64,000 nucleotides of DNA from Lachnospiraceae bacterium (GTDB taxonomy: Bacteria; Bacillota; Clostridia; Oscillospirales; CAG-272): the NCBI GenBank assembly GCA_024404495.1, contig JAKSPT010000013.1, positions 5,369 to 69,368 of the forward strand, read 5' to 3'. Below the pieces are notes generated by a model. The model was not told where the DNA came from and searched no databases. It saw only the letters and a list, made by a program, of their open reading frames with translations. This document shows, in pieces, positions 63,999 to 64,000 of the stretch. Each line of letters opens with the position of its first letter. Position 1 is the first letter of the stretch. The translations under genes and the position numbers were made by a program.

Positions 63999-64000
63999 CA

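Overview
A GC-rich chromosomal window from an anaerobic Firmicute, most likely an uncultured gut or rumen Clostridia. The assignment is inferred from sigma-A promoters, a glmS ribozyme, the dgt-dnaG-rpoD order and corrinoid genes. I can support 49 protein-coding genes. They include housekeeping genes (alaS, upp, deoB, cdd, rpmE, hflX, dnaG, rpoD, glmS), a split corrinoid methyl-transfer cluster, a Crp/Fnr-linked NitT/TauT-type ABC transporter and several glycan-processing enzymes (GH78, two GH2, GH172, two SGNH esterases, unclassified GH-like proteins). There is also an 867-aa ECF sigma factor with a very large C-terminal extension. I saw no rRNA, tRNA, CRISPR array, transposase or integrase. 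The most unusual signals are: (i) a ~490-bp AT-rich one-gene cassette with nested inverted repeats and palindromic recombination-like sites, apparently splitting a terminator (15257-15747); (ii) mirror-image TTRAGYC heptamer arrays around a bidirectional terminator; (iii) UroD/MtaA-like enzymes embedded in glycan loci, which hints at cobalamin-dependent sugar O-demethylation; (iv) an ACG codon at the expected start of the M23 gene; (v) no TAG stop among the 49 genes. All calls come from reading motifs by eye, and no database searches were run.
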